64,000 nt of DNA from the human T2T-CHM13v2.0 reference genome, Homo sapiens: NCBI RefSeq assembly GCF_009914755.1, contig NC_060933.1. One strand, written 5' to 3'. A program made the position numbers and the translations under genes. Below, piece after piece: positions 45,148 through 56,364 of this stretch; position 1 is the first letter of the stretch; the number at the start of each line of letters is the position of its first letter. The notes below the pieces were generated by a model. That model saw only the letters and a list, made by a program, of their open reading frames with translations, made no database searches and was not told the DNA's origin.

Positions 45148-46319
45148 CTTTAAAATATTAATATTAGAACAGTATTAGACAATGATATTTATAATTGTAC
45201 ATCAATGTGTGTTTATTTCTGTTGTCATCACAAATGAAAATTTTGGGAAAACAGAATAATCAATGGTACAAGTAAATCTATACTGCCAACAACATATTAT
45301 GTAAGGTTAAGAACCAGTTTTCTCGGCATTCATCCTACATGCACAAAATGTTATTTACAAGTATAAATATTCACTTATAAAAGTCTACCAAAACCACCAC
45401 TTGGCAAATATCACAGGCATAATTATTACTGGCAAAAACCATCCATGGATGTTAAAATTAATAAGTGAATGTATGACAAAAAAAAGAATATTTGGAAAGA
45501 ATCTCCCCACAAGATACTTATTAATTACAAAGGAAAAACTACAACTTTACAAAGCAGAAAGCTGACAGCACTTTAACCAAGTGAACAAAGTTATCACCAT
45601 CAATGTGACATAGCCGCAACACATGCCACCTGATATAATGCATTGAGAAGGGCATAGCATCACTTCTGTGGCATTGTCACCAAAAATGCATAACCTAAAT
45701 TAAATCAGGAAACCTCACACATTGAGAGACATTATAGAAAATAGCTGTTCTGCAATCTTCAAAAGTGAGAAGGCCATGAAATACAAAGGACTAAATAAAT
45801 GTTCCATACTTAAGAAGACTAAAAAGACATGACAACCAAATGCAATATGTGATTGGTCAGAAATAAAAATTAATGGGGCAACTGCTTTTGAAAATTCTAT
45901 TAATATTATGGTTACCGAAGATGTTAGCAGCTGGGAAAGATGGATGAAGGATATAGGGGAACCCATCATACTACTTTTTCAATTGTTTAATAAGTCAAAT
46001 TATTTCAAAATGAAAAGTTAAAAAAATTGAAAAAAGTATTTGAGAAAAAAAGAAAAGGCCTATATATCATGTTATACTTATTAGAATTTTTCCCTATTGG
46101 TGATCATGCAAGAAAGTTAGACCAATTAAGCACACAGAAGTCAGAAGAGAGATGGTTCAGTTTAAGCTAACCGTTTAAGTAATAGGGTTGAAGGTGGAAG
46201 CTAACACTTTTTCTACAAAAAATAAATTAATAAAAAAAGCACAAGGGACCATAAACCATTTCAATGCCCATTTAGTAACTACATTTGCTGTTCATTCTAC
46301 TGAAAAAAACCCAACATAC

Positions 46320-46439
46320 CTTCCACTCAGCAGAATATCTCATCACAATTGCTCGGCACTGATTGTTATACTCTGTAATCCCCATTTTGGCCACATCCTC
46401 TGGTCCTCTGATTCCCAGTGTCTTATCAATTTCATATTC
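46320..46439 (-). CDS. IARS1: IARS1 exon 4 (EYEIDKTLGIRG...YSAEWK), 120 nt
   Basis: tttcag|GAATAT ... TGGAAG|gtatgt; cumulative 396. Confidence 0.97.
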
Positions 46440-46654
46440 CTGAAAATTTGTGATAAGACTGTTACCACGCTGCCCTATGAAAACAACTGCAACTATGCAA
46501 CTCTAGAAAACAAAACAAATCAAACTACAAATATTATAGAAATGAACTAGAAGGTCTGACAGTCAACGTTCATCATACTTGAACATATTATATGACAAAA
46601 TCTAATGCTTATAAAAAAAATCAGAAAATTATAAAGCTGGATACTCAAACATAC

Positions 46655-46811
46655 CACAGGTAAGCCATGGCAATCCCATCCAAATCTTCTGTCAACATGA
46701 AACCCACTCTGGTGAGCATATCTTGTAACTATATCTTTAATTGTACCCGCAAGTATATGTCCATAGTGAGGCAGTCCAGTTGCAAAAGGAGGACCATCAT
46801 AGAAGGTAAAT
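46655..46811 (-). CDS. IARS1: IARS1 exon 3 ([18 protein letters not shown]...GWDCHGLPV; HIGH-type motif), 157 nt
   Basis: tgttag|ATTTAC ... CCTGTG|gtatgt; cumulative 276. Confidence 0.98.
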
Positions 46812-47436
46812 CTAACAGGTAATAAAAATATATCAAGCCATTTAAAAACAGCCAAAATTTAAGGCATTTTTCTATAGATAGCTCTTGTCATAGTGGAGTC
46901 TTCAAGGAGAAAAGCAGCAAGATCAGGAAACCGACAGACATAATTGATTTGATATTTACTGGTGGTCCTGCCTTCAGAAAGGCTACAATTGTGGTAGAGC
47001 TACAGAGACCTCCATTTGATTATCCATTTTTCATTTATTAGTTCCATGACATAAGGCAAATTATTTATCCTGATCTTGAGTTATCTCATCAGTAAAATAG
47101 GGCAATAAACCCCTATCTCATAGTTTTTGACCAGAGGAGACATATAATGAAAACACTGATTAAAGGACTAGTCTTTTAGGTGAATGAGGACTAAAGGCAG
47201 GTAGTACTATAGTAGCCTTCTATGGGGTACTTAGGTATAAGTGCCTAAACGAGGGTGGTGATGAAAATAAAGGTGGAAAGAGGGTGACACGGAGGATGAC
47301 ACATAAATTTTACTCAGATGACCTTTTAAAGAAACAAAATTTACCCCAATAATTGAGAACTCATTCATTCAATGTATATCTACTACTGAGTACCCACTAC
47401 ATAGGGAGCTGGGGGATTCTGGGAATAGAAAGATTA

Positions 47437-47791
<355 letters not shown>

Positions 47792-47829
47792 CTATTCTTA
47801 AGGGAACTTAACCTAAAAAATTCACATAC

Positions 47830-47948
47830 TTTGGTTTATGTTTTGATTGCTTTAAGCATTCCTGAAAACAATTAAATTCAGTCCAAAACTCCAAGATTTT
47901 CTCTTCTTCAGCAGGAAAATTTATGTTTTCTGGAACTTGTTGAAGCAT
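47830..47948 (-). CDS. IARS1: IARS1 exon 2 coding part (MLQQVPENINFPAEEEKILEFW...KHKP); exon starts at 47955
   Basis: ttgcag|CAACAAAATGCTT (ATG 47948-47946, A at -3) ... ACCAAA|gtatgt; 119 coding nt. Confidence 0.97.
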
Positions 47949-48049
47949 TTTGTTGCTGCAAAAGAAATCAAATTTATTACTGTCAAAAGAGAAATCTAGG
48001 AATAACAGAGTACCATATTATTAACATGGGTGTACATGACACTATCCAT

Positions 48050-49215
48050 ACTTTTAAAAAATTACAGCTTTATTGATGTACAATTTACATAGTGTAATGT
48101 AAAAAGTGTACAATTCAGTGGCTTTTTAGTATATTTACAAGGTAGTATAACTAGTAATACCTAATTTCAAAACGTTTTCAACCTCCCCTCCCCACCAAAA
48201 CACCCCAAAACCATTAGCAGTCACTCCCCATTCTTTCTTCTCCATAGCCAGTGGCAACGATTTATCTTCTTTCTGTCCCTGCAGATTTACCTATTCTGGA
48301 CATTTCATATAAATGGGAAAATTTATAGGAATCATCTATATGTGGCCTATTGCATCTGGTTTCCTTTCTCTAGCATGTTTTCAAGGCTCATCCATGATGT
48401 AATATGTATTCATACTTCATTACTTTTGATAGCTGAATAGTATTCCATTTCATGAATATGCCACATTTTGTTTATCCATTCATCATTTCTTGGATACCTG
48501 TATTGTTTCCACTTTTTGGTTATTACGAATAACGCTGCTATGAACATTCACATACAAAATTTTGTGTGGATCTATGTTTTCATTTCTCTTGGGTTTGTAG
48601 CTAGAAGTAGAATTTCTGGGTCACATGATAATTCTGTATTTAACTTTTTGAGAAAATGCCAAAATTTTTCCAAAGTGACTGTACTATTTTACATTCCCTC
48701 AGCAGTGAATGAGGATTCTAATTTCTTCAGATCTTACCCAACACATCTTATTGTCCATCTTTGAATTACAGTCATTCTAGGAGATGTTAAGTAGTATCTT
48801 GTGGTTTTGATTTGCATTTCCCTAAGGACTAATGATGCTGAGCATCTTTCCACATGCTTATTGGCCATTTGCGTATCCACGTTGGATAGATATTTATCCT
48901 TTGCCTATTTTCTAATTGGGCTCTTTTTGTGGTTGGGTTTTAAGGGTTATGTATACATCCTGGATACAAATCCTTTATCAGATATATGATTTATAAAAAA
49001 TTTCTCCTGTTCTGTGGGCCGTCTTTTTATTTTCTTGATGGCATTTTTTGAAGCACAAAGATTTTTCATTTTAATGATGCCCAATTTGTCAATTTTTGGT
49101 TTTGCTGCTTGAGCTTTTGGTGTCATCAATAAACCATTACCTAAACAAGGTTATAGATTTTTCGCTTACATTTAGGCCACAAATAATTTTATTTTCGTAT
49201 ATGGTGTGAGGGAGG
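48050..49215 (-). mobile_element. Old L1 (L1M-type) fragment, ORF2 end plus 3'UTR
   Basis: Minus ORF 48947-49129 (PKAQAAKPKIDKLGIIKMKNLCASKNAIKKIKRRPTE) resembles L1 ORF2p; typical 3'UTR. Confidence 0.88.
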
Positions 49216-50299
49216 GGTACATGGCTATTATTTAATATTCAGTAATGGTAGAGACAATGTTTCCAAAAGTAAGCAGGAAAATCTTGGAAATTCTATCTAG
49301 TGGTGCAAAAAACTCATTAATAATCTGAAGAAAAATATCTCAAAGTAGTTAAGAATTTTCTTACCTACACTCACATGACAGAAATCAGTTCTCTTGAAGT
49401 AACTTCATCTTCTCTTTGAGGAAAACTGGTAAAACTTAAAAAATCTTAAAGCTAAAAAGATGAGAATCTCACATTCAAATATAGATTCCAGTTTTCCATT
49501 TTACCCTTTTTATTGCTTATTCATGATTTTTATGAAGGATGAGCCCTATACCTTTCTGGTTTAGTCCCTAATGAGAGAAGTCTTAAAGTGTCTTTTTAAA
49601 TGTTTTGCTAATAACCTCATGCAGAGATACTTGATCAATCTATGACTTAAGTATCTAGTGAGCCACCCTTGAGACCTTTCCTTCTCAAAGTCTATTTATA
49701 TTTACTTAACAATTCTAACAAGGTGGGTGACGAGCTTTCCAAGTCAGTATCAGATCAGAAGGGGATAAAATTGCTAATAAGGGAACAACAGAGAAGATAA
49801 AAAATCTTAAGTACTCAAGAACCACAACAGACCAGGGTAATCAACTCTACAGGAAAAGACACCTACATACCTCAAACAGTTTTGAAAGCATCAAAAGCAT
49901 CATAGTCTAATCAAGTTATTGATTCAAGTTATCATTTAAAAAAAAGTCTGTGACAAGTAGTATCTTTCATTTTCTTTTACCCTCATTAATTTTTCAGATG
50001 TGTGAGTGCCTCTGAGTTTAATTTAAGAAAAAACAGGACAAGAACAGTTGGGCTGTTTAACTAACTGAAATAGCTATTTCTGATCACAGTATGCCATTAA
50101 AAGGTATTAAACAGAAGGTTTAAGGCATTTTAGATCTTCAACTCTTATTATAACCTCTAGCCTTTCAAGGACCAAAATAAGTGTTTGTGCATTTACTGAT
50201 TTATTTAGGTTCATTGTGTACCTTATCAGAGGCCAACTGAAACTTATGGGATTGTTATCTGAAGACTAACAGACCTTTAGATACCAACACATTCTAATC

Positions 50300-50452
50300 T
50301 CTTCAAGGCTGGTCCTACTATGGCCCACATCTATGGGAGCTTATTAGAGATGCAGACTTACCAGCCTCACCTCGCACCTACGAGTCAGAACCTGCATTTT
50401 AACAAGATCCCTAGGGGATGAGCATTCACATCAAAGTCTGAACATCACCACT
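50300..50452. mobile_element. MER5A-like DNA transposon
   Basis: tcagaacctgcattttaacaagatccctagggg...aaagtctg. Confidence 0.7.
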
Positions 50453-50545
50453 CTTGCACTGTTCTAACAATTATTCAGGAATATCTATCTGAATTTTTAT
50501 TTTTGAGAAAATAAGATTTAAGCTTTCTGAGAAGAGGATCATTCC

Positions 50546-50867
50546 TTTTTTTTTTTTTTTTTTGAGACAGTGGCTCACTCTGTCACCTAGGCTGGAGTGC
50601 AGTGGCACAATCATGGCTCACTGCAGCCTTGACCTCCCTGGGTTCAGGTGTTCCTCCCAGTTTAGCCCGCCAAGTAGCTAGGACTACAGGTGTGCACCAC
50701 CACACTCAGCTTTTTTTTTTTTTTTTTTTGGTGGGGAGGGGGTGGTTTGTAGAGACAGGGTTTTGCCATGTTGCCCTGGCTGGTCTTCAACTCCTAGGCT
50801 AAAGCGATCCTCTTGCCCTGGGCTCCCAAAGGGCTGGGATTACAGGCATGAGCCACTATGCCTGGCC
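50546..50867 (-). mobile_element. Alu (AluJ-like)
   Basis: Antisense dimer. Confidence 0.92.
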
Positions 50868-50989
50868 AGCTCATTCAGCTTTTACTGTGTTTTTTAGGGA
50901 GTCTCTACTTTCCCCAAAGATTAAGAATCACTGCATTATTACGTCAAGCATAAACACTCAGTATAACAGCATTGACTATTCAGGAAGAA

Positions 50990-51013
50990 TCATGTACCAG
51001 CGACCGGGCTATG
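50990..51013 (-). ncRNA. MIR3651: Annotated mature miR-3651 (CAUAGCCCGGUCGCUGGUACAUGA) = 3' terminal fragment of SNORA84
   Basis: Exact match to the recalled mature sequence; coincides with the snoRNA 3' end. Confidence 0.8.
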
Positions 51014-51122
51014 GCAGCTGCTGAGGAGAAGCAGCCTCCATGCATAAATCACAGGATTGCTATGGCCCATCGAATCCACTGGAGAGCTGTCCATGCACAA
51101 CAGCATCCAGCAACCACAGGGC
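50990..51122 (-). ncRNA. SNORA84: Box H/ACA snoRNA SNORA84 in IARS1 intron 1 (133 nt)
   Basis: Two hairpins (GCCC..GGGC/CUGGA..UCCAG/GCUGU..ACAGC; GCUGCU..AGCAGC), H box AUAGCA at 51063-51058, ACA box at 50995-50993 exactly 3 nt from the 3' end; sequence recognised. Confidence 0.93.
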
Positions 51123-52139
51123 AGGGACAGAGCAGGTTAACCTTGCACAACAACCTTGTTGTGCAGAGGGATGCCATCCCCTTTGCTTCCCTCTTATTAT
51201 AATCCAGGCCCTTGACTCTTCGCTGCTCCACAACTCCTTCAGGTCACCTTAACCTCAACTTCCCGTTCAGCAATTTCGAGACCACCCTCCCTGATATTAA
51301 CTACATATTATTCACATTACTTCATATTATTTTGCCTCAATATATTTTAGAAACGCACACTAAAACCATGTTTTGTTTAAAATTTCATAATTCCTTCCAG
51401 AATTGCTTCCCTTTTAAACTACTGTATTAGTGGTTCCAATATTCTTCCCATTACTTAGGCATGACATTTTTGAGTCACCCCTGACACTACTCAGAAGATA
51501 CACACAACCAATTAATCATCAAGTCATGTGGATCCTACCTATAAGCCTATTTCTGTTCCCCCTTTTCATTCTCCTCTAAATCCATTTCTGTTTCTCCTTT
51601 TATTCTCAGGTCTTCATAATCTATTAAGTCAAATGTAACCTGAAAGTGGGACCGTCTCAAACGTTTCCTCAATTTAGTTATATCCTATTAACATAGACTC
51701 CACAGGTATACTCATGCAAATGTACAAAATGTGTATACAATGACATTCACCGAATAATTGTTTCTCCAGGCAAATAACTGAAAACAATCTAAATATTCAT
51801 GGTGACTGAAGTAAATTACGGTACATCAATAAAATAAGTATCTCGCAGCCATTGAAGGTAATAAATTAAGACATATAAAAATACGTATTGCCTATACATA
51901 AAGTCACAGCTATATCAATTTATACTATGTATATCATTTTAAAAAGATTTTACTCATTTCAAACACTACCTCATTCAAAAAGGCGACCATAAATTCCTGA
52001 GGCTGGAAACGAACGAACGGCAAGCCCCGAAGAAACACGCTCTTTTAAAAATTAAATCTTGTGCTACTGTTTCGGGGTTGTAACGCGTGCGTGACCCTCG
52101 TCTTTGAGGGCCGGATCCTGCAGGGAAGAGAGGGCGTAC

Positions 52140-52285
52140 CTGAGGGGCCTCGCGTGCCTGGACAGCCCCGCGGGCCAGCAAGCCTAAAAGCAACTCATCC
52201 GGCGTCCACGCTGCAACCGGGCGCACGGAGGTGATGCAACGCGCTGAAAATGCGGGATCCAGTGAAGGAGACAGGCTCCGCACCG
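52140..52285 (-). other. IARS1: IARS1 non-coding exon 1 (short form; 5' end approximate)
   Basis: Donor CCCCTCAG|gtacgc at 52140/52139 inside CpG island, the nearest upstream of the exon 2 acceptor; TSS cannot be fixed from sequence. Confidence 0.8.
52232..52240 (+). promoter_or_regulatory. C/EBP-ATF response element (CARE/AARE) TGATGCAAC
   Basis: Matches TGATGxAAx consensus bound by ATF4-C/EBP; located at the TSS region of an aminoacyl-tRNA synthetase gene. Confidence 0.75.
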
Positions 52286-52824
52286 GCCAATCAGTGCGCG
52301 CTGCCTGACACCTGCCAACAAGCCAGGCGCCGATTGGTCGCGCCGGACATGATTGCGCCCACTGGCTCGGATGGTGCGACAGTGGTGCTTGCTGGTTTTG
52401 CGCCTCCACGTGGAAAACGAACCAGCGCTGAGGGCGGCGCTGTGCGTGCTGCTTGTATCCGTTGCAGTAGTGTAGACCGAGGTCTCACTCGGGTTGTGGG
52501 CACCTCCGGGTAGGTGACGGCCCACTGGGAAGGGGCGCCGAGGTCGGGGCTCATGTTCTTCATCTTGTTTGCTTTTGTCAGTATTTATCTGACTGGACAC
52601 TTCGTACCTAAATTGATAACGACAAACAGCAACTTCCGGAGAGGTGGCTTTAATAATTATACTTTTGGGCCCTGAGCCGCCGACCCCAAAGCCGCTTCTC
52701 CTATCATAAATGGCTACGTGAAACGATAATAACAAAAGGGAAGGAAGGGTCTGACAACCAGATTTAAAAGTTTTATTGTATTTTACTTAAAATGTTTCCG
52801 GTAATGAAAACATTGCACAAACGA

Positions 52825-53126
52825 TTTTTTTTTCTTTTTTTGAGAAGCGGTCTCATTCTGTCGCCCAGGCTGGAGTGCAGTGGCACGGTCATGGCTCACT
52901 GCAGCCTCAACCTCCCCGGATCAGATGATCCTCGCACCTCATCCCTGGCCAAGTAGCTGGGACTACAGGCTAGCGCCACCACGCCCGGCTAATTTTTGTA
53001 TTTTCTGTAGCAACGGGGTCTTGCTATGTTGCCTAGGCTGCTGTCAAACTCGTGGGCTCAAGCGATCTGCTTGCCTTAGCCTCCTTAACTGTTGGGATTA
53101 CAGGCATGAGCCACTGCACCCGGCCT
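52825..53126 (-). mobile_element. Alu immediately upstream of the CpG island
   Basis: Antisense dimer, relatively CpG-retaining. Confidence 0.92.
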
Positions 53127-53713
53127 GCATACTTATTATCATTGCTATGAGTCGGCTTGGTACCTTACTGATCTGCTGGTTAAAATCTGGAGCCTTGCAA
53201 AGGGCAGTAGGCCTCGGGCTTTGGCCCCAGAGCCTCTAAAGGAAATTCTGGATCTTGCCAAATTGGGAGTAGTTCCGTAGCTGCCTATTGTATCCGTTAG
53301 AGGGATATAAAAAATTTATCTGGCCTAGAATAGGTAGAATGCAGTTTCTTATTAAGTTTAGGAACATTTTGATAGTCTGTTCAGCATATATTTAACTTTA
53401 CTTACCGTCTTGGCCCTGTGTGAAGGATTAAAGTGGTTTCATGTCCTCCATCATGGGTAACTCAGTGTTCTGACTATACTCACATAACGTACATAATTTA
53501 ATAGCTGCAAATCTTGTTAATTAACTGAAAGTATTTGGAATGTGTTTGAAGTTTTCACATTCCTCACGTTGCCACCTTGTTCAGTTCATTTTTGTCACCT
53601 ATCCAGAGAGCCCAGATAGAGCCAGACAGAGGGCTCCTGGACAAAGGTGAGGTAGGCCAAGTCTAATTATTTAAAAATTTGATTGAGAAACATTTATATT
53701 AATAGTACTGTTG

Positions 53714-54208
53714 TGTTGGAAATAATGCTCAAAATCCTAAGGAAATTGAACATTCAAACAAAGGATTTTCAGCAAAGCAATTTTACTTCTGCGCAGAGGG
53801 GTGCTTCTCCTTGGCCAGTCACCATGAGAGCACACCAGAACAAAGGGGCACGAGAACCTTTATCCCTGACACAAACCCTGCCCCTGTACCCTTTCTCCAT
53901 TGGCCGGAGTTGGGCCTCACAATCTAAAATAACCACAGTTGGCTAAACATTTTAACTTTCTTTAGATAAGGTGGGCACGTAAGAGAGAGGGGAAAGGGGG
54001 AAGGGCTGTCTGTAATGAGCTAGAGAGCTAGTCTTCTCTTCGGATAAGGAATACGAGCTGGTACTGATAACGCCTGGTACTGTGGCCTGTCTAGGCATGT
54101 AACAAAGGCAGAAAGGAAAGAGGAGAAAAAGGGAAGAGGGGGGCACTGTGAATTAAAGAATAAAGGATTGATCAGGCTATTTGAAGAGAAACCTCATCAT
54201 GTCCCACA
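53714..54208 (-). mobile_element. ERV1 solo LTR, probably LTR10 family (HERV-I related)
   Basis: TG...CA termini, 4-bp TSD GTTG (53710-53713, 54209-54212); minus-strand start TGTGGGACATGATGAGGTTTCTCTTCAAATAGCCTGATC resembles recalled LTR10 consensus. Confidence 0.75.
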
Positions 54209-54504
54209 GTTGGAAGGTATGGGAAGACTAAGTCTAGAAAAAGTTAAGCAAATGAAAAAATTCCAGCAAAAAAGTTAACTGTAGTCAAAATATATTACTT
54301 GGACTGAAGAGGTGAATAATTTTTTCACCTTTTCAGAATATGTAGTGTCTGGAAGTGAAAAACCAAGAAATCAGAGCATAAGCATGTTAGGTAGAAACAT
54401 GGAGGTAAATACTAGAGAAATTAAATTGCTGAAGGTGGTTTCATCTGGGGAGCAGGAACTGGGGGGTGGGCAAGGCTACTTGATGTTACTTATTTGTCTG
54501 CTTG

Positions 54505-54930
54505 TGAAACATGTGCCGGATTTAAATTACGGCCACACATTCTGACACTCCTCCCACTAAGAAGTGAGGATCTGTGTCCCCTCCCTTTCAGTCTGGTTGG
54601 GCTGTGTGTCAGTTTAAACCTGTAGAATACAGTGAAGTGACTGAGCCGGTTTCTGGGCCAGGCCTTAAGAGACAGGCAGCATCTGCTTCCTGCCTCTGAG
54701 AACACTTGCTCCTAGAGCTTTTTTGCTATGCTGTAAGGAAGCCCATGAACAGGCACTGAGTGGGCCATCTTAGAAACAGATCCCGTAGCCCTAGCTGAAC
54801 CACCCCAGTGAAAGCACACAGCACAGATCAGCAGTCCCTAGTGAGTGTTGACCAAATTGCAGTATTTGTGCATAAAATAAATGATTGTTACTGAGATGAT
54901 TTGCTATGCAGCAATAGAAAATAAGGTACA
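54505..54930 (+). mobile_element. MLT1-type MaLR LTR
   Basis: tctgacactcctcccac...aaaataaatgattgtt...ttgctatgcagcaataga. Confidence 0.7.
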
Positions 54931-55237
54931 AATGTGATCTACATCAAGAGAAGGTAGAAAGTGTGAATTATTTATCCTGCTGCTTAGTTGTCCACACTCT
55001 CCTTGAAGTCTGAAGTTTTGGAAACCTAGGAATCCAGAATTACTCTTCAAGTTATTTAGTTCCTTGGACCCTTACTAAAAAAACATAGAGCATAAGCCCT
55101 AGGGTCATAATGGTTAACACACCAGATGAAATCCCAACAGTTAAGAGTTTATATTCAGCATAGGTAAATCAATAAATACTAATTTTAGGTACACACATCA
55201 TGGCTTAATGATAGTCCCTTGGAACTATATAATACTA

Positions 55238-55539
55238 TTTCTTTTTTTTTTTTTTTTTAAGATGGAGTCTCACTCTGTTACCCAGGCTGGAGTGCAGCAA
55301 CATGATCTCAGCACTGCAACCTCTGCCTCCTGGGTTCAAGTGATTCTCCTGTATCAGCCTCCCTAGCAGCTGGGATTACAGGTGTGAGCCACCACACCCA
55401 GCTAATTTTTGCATTTTTAGTAGAGACGGGGTTTCACCATGTTGGCCAGGCTGGTCTTGAAATCCTGACCTCCTCATGATCCGCCCGCCTTGGCCTCCCA
55501 AAGTACTGAGATTACAGGTGTGCGCCATCACGCCCGGCC
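55238..55539 (-). mobile_element. Alu, TSD tat(a/g)taatactattt
   Basis: Antisense dimer with flanking direct repeat. Confidence 0.93.
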
Positions 55540-56030
55540 TATGTAATACTATTTCATACAGAGCCCATTTTGATAGGAGACGTATGTCTTGAAATCTAGG
55601 CAGGTTGGTTTATTTAATGTAATGTTAAATCTGTTTCCCTATTTGGGCTCAGGGTCCTGACTCCTAATTGTGACTACCTATCTTTCAGGCACTTGGTATT
55701 TTTCATAAGCTTTTAGTCTAACTAGAATTTTGGGATTGGTGTACATCTAGATGTTGTTCCTTAATTCCTAGAGGCAATGACAAGATAACTGTATTTGGCT
55801 TCCTCTCCTGGTCCTCACAGAACTCTTATATGATGTTGGTCTGAAATGTCCTATATTTCAGTTAACCATTCACCAAAACACAAGTATAAAACTCAATGTT
55901 GACTTGTAATTTATCAGTTTAAACAAAAATGACAAAATGGAAGGTGTATTTGACATAATCAGAAATAAAATTTCAAATAGCCTATAATTCACACAAAGCC
56001 TAGGCTGGAAAATACAAGTGCTTTGACTCA

Positions 56031-56036
56031 TTTATT
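56031..56036 (-). terminator. Candidate NOL8 polyadenylation signal AATAAA
   Basis: tttatt on + strand ~330 nt downstream of the NOL8 stop; actual cleavage site not determinable. Confidence 0.5.
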
Positions 56037-56364
56037 TAAAAAGGCTTCATATAAACCTTGCATGAGAAGATGTCCATTAGTTACTCAGGATAGAGGGCAA
56101 AGAGATTATATACAAAAAGTATTTTCAAGGACTATCTTGTTCTTCCTTTATAAGAAGTTGAATTTAATTTTTGAAGTAATTACTTAGGAAGAAATGCAGA
56201 GGAGTTCCACAGAAAAAGATGGCAACCAGAATGATATTCCGTCAGCCAGATTTTTAAAATTCCTTCACTCTGAAATTTCTTCTTTGTCAGCTAAAACTGT
56301 TTTCTGGGTCAGTTTCCTTAGGTGAGCCTTGTTCACATTCAGTATCAAAACCAGCTGACATTTA

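Larger units (their letters stand above)
51980..52700. promoter_or_regulatory. CpG-island promoter of IARS1
   Basis: Only strongly CpG-dense non-repeat stretch of the window; CCAAT 52287-52291, ATTGG 52333-52337, CCACGTGG E-box 52406-52413, ETS-type ACTTCCGG 52632-52639. Confidence 0.9.

Noticed and set aside
48947-49129. ORF resembling L1 ORF2p
   Set aside because: Short remnant of an old, truncated L1; not an active retrotransposon
51975-52735. Long ORFs over the promoter (144 aa, 183 aa, 87 aa, 90 aa)
   Set aside because: They lie in a GC-rich CpG island where stops are rare, overlap each other on both strands, mostly start upstream of the likely TSS and show no recognisable protein; only the terminal MSCF* uORF was kept
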